Shown piece by piece: positions 56,975 through 61,132 of a stretch of 61,132 nt of DNA. Within the stretch, counting starts at the first letter, position 1. Each line of letters begins with the position of its first letter. Made by a program: the position numbers and the translations under genes. The DNA comes from Candidatus Rokuibacteriota bacterium. GTDB lineage: Bacteria; Methylomirabilota; Methylomirabilia; Rokubacteriales; CSP1-6. The notes under the pieces were generated by a model. The model did not search any database, was not told the origin of the DNA, and was given only the letters and a program-made list of their open reading frames with translations. The DNA lies in NCBI GenBank assembly GCA_005887895.1, contig VBPC01000157.1, forward strand, positions 1 through 61,132, read 5' to 3'.

Positions 56975-57456
56975 CGCTGCGCGGTGGGCGCCTGGCCGGT
57001 CTTCTCGAAGGTCTCGATCGCCTTCTTCAGATCGCGGTACTCCGAGCACGGCAGCAAGCACAGCGCGTTCAGGCGGGCCAGGTGCTGACGCGCCTTGTCC
57101 ACGTCGCCGAGCAGCAGGTACGCCTCGCCGACGTACTCGTGGGCCCCGCGGTGCTTGGGATCGATGTCGAGCGCCTTCTGGTAGATCGGAATCGCGCGCG
57201 CGGGATCGCCGGTGCGGCGCACGGCGTAGCCGAGCCAGTTGTAGGCGTCGGCGTTGCGGGCGTCGCGCGCCACGACACCCTCGAGCAGTGGAATCGCCTC
57301 GGCGAACCGCCCGGCCTCGATCGCCTGGACCGCCGTCGTGTAGGCGGTGTCCTGGGCCGGGTCGGGCTTGATGGTCCGATCGCCATCGGCGAGCGCGCGG
57401 CCGCCGTTGCCGAGAACGAGAAACGCGATCGCGAGTGCCCGTGCTGTCATCCTCAT
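56971..57456 (-). CDS. exported TPR-repeat protein
   Basis: GAGGAGGA RBS, signal-like N-terminus, NADAYNWLGY, HRGAHEYVGEAYL. Confidence 0.85.
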   Translation of the reverse strand: MRMTARALAIAFLVLGNGGRALADGDRTIKPDPAQDTAYTTAVQAIEAGRFAEAIPLLEGVVARDARNADAYNWLGYAVRRTGDPARAIPIYQKALDIDPKHRGAHEYVGEAYLLLGDVDKARQHLARLNALCLLPCSEYRDLKKAIETFEKTGQAPTAQR

Positions 57457-57500
57457 GCTGTCCTCCTCGGCCACGGCACTATACCGTAAGATGCCGGGCC

Positions 57501-58448
57501 ATGAGCGAAGACGCCCTCCGCACGCTCGCGCTCCAGGTCCGGAACTGGGGTCGGTGGGGACCGGACGACGAGCTCGGCACGCTGAACTACATCACGCCCG
57601 ACACGATCGCCGCGGCCTGCCGGCTCGCCACCACCGGCAAGGTCTTCGCGCTCGGCATTCCGCTGCAGCGCGAGGGACCCCAGAGCGGCACCCGCCAGCG
57701 CTTCAACCCGATTCACGCGATGTTCCGCGACGGCGGCGACCGGCCCCGGACGCCGGCCGACGTCGCCGAGATGCAGGGCTACGGCGGCTCCGACGACTGG
57801 ATCGTCATGCCGCTGCAGAGCGTGACCCAGTGGGACAGCCTCGCCCACATCTTCTACGACGGGAAGATGTGGAACGGTTACTCCGCCGACCTCGTCACCA
57901 GCACCGGCGCGGCGAAGAACAGCATCGACAAGACCCGGGACAAGCTCGTCGGGCGCGGCGTGCTGCTGGACGTGGCGCGCCACAAGGGCGTGCGCGCCCT
58001 CGAGCCCGGCTACGCGATCACCGTCGCCGACCTCGAGGCGACCGCGGCCGCCGCCGGGGTCGACGTCCGTCGGGGCGATCTCCTGCTGATTCGCACGGGC
58101 CACATGAGTCGGTACCTCGACCGGGGCAACTGGCGCCACTTCGACCTCGATCCTTTCCCGGGCGTCTCGGTGTACGCCGCCCCCTGGCTCCACGCGCGCC
58201 AGATCGCCGCGGTGGCCAGCGACAACTACGCCGTGGAGGTCCGGCCCTCGGAGATCCCCGGCTTCCGCAACCCGTTTCACGTCTGCGCCATCCCGAACAT
58301 GGGGCTGACGCTGGGCGAGATTTTCCACCTGGAGGACCTGGCGGCCGACTGCGCGGCCGACGGGCGCTACGAGTTCCTGCTGGTCGCGCCGCCGTTGCCG
58401 GTCACGCGCGGCGTCGGCACGCCGATCAATCCCTACGCCATCAAGTGA
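57501..58448 (+). CDS. cyclase family (kynurenine formamidase-like) metal-dependent hydrolase
   Basis: NWGRWGPDDELGTLN, TQWDSLAH, GRGVLLDV, GDLLLIRTG, GTPINPYAI. Confidence 0.92.
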   Translation: MSEDALRTLALQVRNWGRWGPDDELGTLNYITPDTIAAACRLATTGKVFALGIPLQREGPQSGTRQRFNPIHAMFRDGGDRPRTPADVAEMQGYGGSDDWIVMPLQSVTQWDSLAHIFYDGKMWNGYSADLVTSTGAAKNSIDKTRDKLVGRGVLLDVARHKGVRALEPGYAITVADLEATAAAAGVDVRRGDLLLIRTGHMSRYLDRGNWRHFDLDPFPGVSVYAAPWLHARQIAAVASDNYAVEVRPSEIPGFRNPFHVCAIPNMGLTLGEIFHLEDLAADCAADGRYEFLLVAPPLPVTRGVGTPINPYAIK

Positions 58449-58485
58449 GTTCGTGGGACGTCGACGGAGCGCTATGATAGTCGCC

Positions 58486-59286
58486 ATGCGAATCCTGATC
58501 GTCGACGACTCCTCCCCGCATCGGCGGCTGCTGACGGCCCTGTTCGGCCGCGCCGGTCACGAGGTGCGGACGGCGCCCGACGGTGTCGCCGCCCTCGAGT
58601 TGCTGGAGGCTGAGCCGATCGACGCGGTCGTGTCCGACGTTCGCATGCCGAACATGGACGGCTTCCAGCTCTGCCGCACGATCCGGAACGACCCGCGCTG
58701 GCGGCGGCTGCCGTTCATCTTCTACAGCAGCATCTTCATCGGCGACCCTGCCCAGGACTTCGGCCGGGACCTCGGCGCCACCGCGTACCTCGACGCCAAG
58801 GACATCGCGCCCGACCAGGTGGCCCACGAGCTGGAGGCGCTGGTCGCGCGCCACGTGCGGGAGCAGTACCACGAGACGCTCGGACGGCTGCTCGACGACG
58901 TGGAGTTCGCCCGGCGCTACCACCAGGTGGTGCTGGGCTCGCTGGCCGACGCCGGGGCGCAGGACTTGCGGGAGCTGGTCGCCTCGAGCGCCAAGGCGCT
59001 CGACGACGTGGTGGCGCGGCTCGACGCCGAGCGCCGGGCCACCGCCGAGGCCCAGCGCACGGTGCAGGCCGCCGAGCTGGCGCTGCTGAAGGAACTCGGC
59101 GAGTACCTCGGCGACCGGATCAACAATCCGCTGGCGGTGATCCTGGCCAGCGCCCAGCTGCTCGAGATGAAGGAGCGCAGCAAGGCCGCCAGCGAGGCGG
59201 CCCAGCGCATCGGCGCCGCCGTCGGCATGATCAACGAGGTCGTCCGCGAGATCGCCATCCGGAGTGGCGAAACGCCGATCGTTTGA
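58486..59286 (+). CDS. receiver-domain protein with a C-terminal HisKA-like helix pair lacking the phospho-His and the ATPase domain
   Basis: RILIVDD, VVSDVRMPNMDG; C-terminal LGDRINNPL in place of the usual HEINNPL; the protein ends about 45 aa later. Confidence 0.85.
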   Translation: MRILIVDDSSPHRRLLTALFGRAGHEVRTAPDGVAALELLEAEPIDAVVSDVRMPNMDGFQLCRTIRNDPRWRRLPFIFYSSIFIGDPAQDFGRDLGATAYLDAKDIAPDQVAHELEALVARHVREQYHETLGRLLDDVEFARRYHQVVLGSLADAGAQDLRELVASSAKALDDVVARLDAERRATAEAQRTVQAAELALLKELGEYLGDRINNPLAVILASAQLLEMKERSKAASEAAQRIGAAVGMINEVVREIAIRSGETPIV

Positions 59287-59289
59287 CAT

Positions 59290-59442
59290 GGGGGCCCCGA
59301 ATGGCCCCCCAGCCCCACACGTTCGAAGCGCCCCGGCGGAGCCGTGGCGCTTCTCTGGAGTGGTTGGCGTCGGGCGGGGCCCCGACATGGCCCCCACAAC
59401 CCCATACGTTCGCAGCGCCCCGGCGCAGCCGTGGCGTTCCTC
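59290..59442 (+). repeat. two tandem copies of the two-hairpin repeat (59290-59355, 59376-59442)
   Basis: Same GGGGGCC/GGCCCCC and AGCGCCCCGGC-N3-GCCGTGGCG(C/T)T structure; first copy 3 nt after TGA; between convergent genes. Confidence 0.9.
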
Positions 59443-59457
59443 GATACGGCTGGCCGG

Positions 59458-60633
59458 TTAGCCGGCGCTGAACGCGTCCAAACCCGTGATGTCCCGGCCG
59501 ACGATGAGGGTGTGGATGTCGTGGGTGCCTTCGTAGGTGTTCACGGTTTCGAGATTGAGCATGTGGCGGATGACCGGGTGCTCGTCGACGATGCCGGCCG
59601 CCCCCATGATGTCGCGCGCGAGCCGGGCCGTGTCGAGCGCGATCTGCACGTTGTTCATCTTGGCCATCGAGACCTGCTGCGGCCGCAGCGCGCCGAGGTC
59701 TTTCAATCGGCCGAGCTGCAGGACCAGCAGCTGGGCCTTGGTGATCTCGGTGATCATCCACACGAGCTTCTGCTGCACGAGCTGGAAGGCGCCGATCGGC
59801 TTGCCGAACTGGATGCGCTGCTGCGCGTACTGCAGCGCCCAGTCGTAGCAGGCCATGGCCGCGCCGACCGCGCCCCACGCGATGCCGTAGCGCGCCTGGT
59901 TCAGGCAGCCGAGCGGCCCCCGCAGGCCCTTGACGTTCGGCAGCTTGTTCTCGAGCGGGATCTTGCAGTCCTGGAACGACAGCTCCGAGGTGATCGACGC
60001 CCGCATCGAGAACTTGCCGTGGATGTCGAGCGTCCCGAAGCCCGGCGTGCCCTTCTCGACGAGGAAGCCGTAGATCTCGCCGTCGTCCTCCTTGGCCCAC
60101 ACCACCGCCACGTCGGCGATGGAGCCGTTGGTGATCCAGAGCTTGGTGCCGTTGAGGACGTAGCCGTCGCCGGCGCGACGGGCGCGGGTCTTCATCGCGC
60201 CGGGATCGGAGCCGTGATCCGGCTCGGTGAGGCCGAAGCAGCCGACCTTCTCCCCGGTGGCGAGCTTCGGCAGCCACCGGTCCTTCTGCGCGTCCGAGCC
60301 GTAGGAGTAGATCGGGTACATCACGAGCCCGCTCTGCACGGACGCGGCCGAGCGGAGGCCGGAGTCGCCCCGCTCGAGCTCCTGCATGATGAGCCCGTAG
60401 GCGACGTTGCTGAGCCCCGCGCAGCCGTACCCCTTGAGCGTCGCGCCGAAGACGCCGAGCTCGCCGAGCTTGGGGATGAGCGACACCGGGAAGGTGCCGG
60501 CACGATGGTGTTCGGTCACCAGCGGCAAGAACTCGGCCTCGACCCAGTCGCGGACGGCGTCGCGGATCATCCGCTCTTCCTCGGACAGGAGGCCCTCGAT
60601 CCCGTAGTAGTCGACGCCCCGGAACTTCTCCAT
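59458..60633 (-). CDS. gcdH: glutaryl-CoA dehydrogenase-type acyl-CoA dehydrogenase
   Basis: YGLIMQELERGDSGLRS, GCFGLTEPDHGSDP, CLNQARYGIAWG, TYEGTHDIH. Confidence 0.85.
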   Translation of the reverse strand: MEKFRGVDYYGIEGLLSEEERMIRDAVRDWVEAEFLPLVTEHHRAGTFPVSLIPKLGELGVFGATLKGYGCAGLSNVAYGLIMQELERGDSGLRSAASVQSGLVMYPIYSYGSDAQKDRWLPKLATGEKVGCFGLTEPDHGSDPGAMKTRARRAGDGYVLNGTKLWITNGSIADVAVVWAKEDDGEIYGFLVEKGTPGFGTLDIHGKFSMRASITSELSFQDCKIPLENKLPNVKGLRGPLGCLNQARYGIAWGAVGAAMACYDWALQYAQQRIQFGKPIGAFQLVQQKLVWMITEITKAQLLVLQLGRLKDLGALRPQQVSMAKMNNVQIALDTARLARDIMGAAGIVDEHPVIRHMLNLETVNTYEGTHDIHTLIVGRDITGLDAFSAG

Positions 60634-60670
60634 GGCCGTCTCTCGCCTCCGTTGACCGGCGCGCCTCGGA

Positions 60671-61132
60671 CTACAGACGCAGCGGGTTGAAGTCGGTGCC
60701 GTAGTCGAACGTATCCACGTGCTCGCGCGATTTCAACCACGCCACCGCGACGTAGGTCAGCGGCGTGGCGGCGGCCTCGTAGAGGACCTTGACCCACCAC
60801 TGGCCGAGCACGATGCCGGGCAGGACGCCGGCCGGCACGACCCCGCCGAACGCGAGCGCCACGAAGAGCGCGCTGTCGAGGCCCTCCCCCACGATGGTCG
60901 AGCCGATCGTGCGCACCCACAGCCAGCGCCCGCGGGTGACGAGCTTGAGCCGGGCCAGCACGTAGGAGTTCGCGAACTCGCCGACCAGGTACGCGAGGAA
61001 CGAGGCGACCAGGATGCGCGGCGTCTGGCCGAGGATCTCCTGGTAGGCGGCCTGGCCCCGCCAGAACGGCGCCGGCGGCAGCTCGCCCCCGATCCAGACG
61101 GCGGCGACCATCAGCGCGTTGCAGGCGAAGCC
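60671..61132 (-). CDS. queuosine precursor transporter (VUT/YhhQ family), 5' end outside the window
   Basis: PRILVASFLAYLVGEFANS, RWLWVRTIGSTIVGEGLDS, KVLYEA..TP. Confidence 0.88.
   Translation of the reverse strand, partial: GFACNALMVAAVWIGGELPPAPFWRGQAAYQEILGQTPRILVASFLAYLVGEFANSYVLARLKLVTRGRWLWVRTIGSTIVGEGLDSALFVALAFGGVVPAGVLPGIVLGQWWVKVLYEAAATPLTYVAVAWLKSREHVDTFDYGTDFNPLRL

Overview
A 61-kb stretch of very GC-rich bacterial chromosome. The gene repertoire suggests Candidatus Rokubacteria/Methylomirabilota, but that is an inference, not a database result. Most of the window is catabolic and housekeeping: acyl-CoA dehydrogenases, CoA-transferases, two Tat-exported peptide-type ABC systems, an LLM monooxygenase, a Rieske oxygenase, a cupin dioxygenase, lhgO, greA, trmI and a PpiD/SurA-like chaperone. 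I saw no rRNA, tRNA, CRISPR array, integrase or transposase. The main signals are: (1) a self-contained sigma54 module, in which a 1359-aa enhancer-binding protein with no receiver domain, fused to a cyclase-like/STAND NTPase/TPR tail, is transcribed away from a palindromic UAS, a textbook -24/-12 promoter and two uncharacterised helical paralogs; (2) a dispersed ~70-bp two-hairpin repeat (8 full copies and 1 half copy) with compensatory stem changes, usually starting a few nt after a same-strand stop codon; (3) a solo DGQHR-domain gene with a perfect sigma70 promoter covered by a palindrome; (4) seven deletion lesions, six breaking genes and one apparent 2-bp loss fusing two genes; (5) a 1.4-kb islet bounded by a 12-bp direct repeat; (6) many apparently leaderless genes. 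All family assignments come from motifs read by eye; no searches were run.
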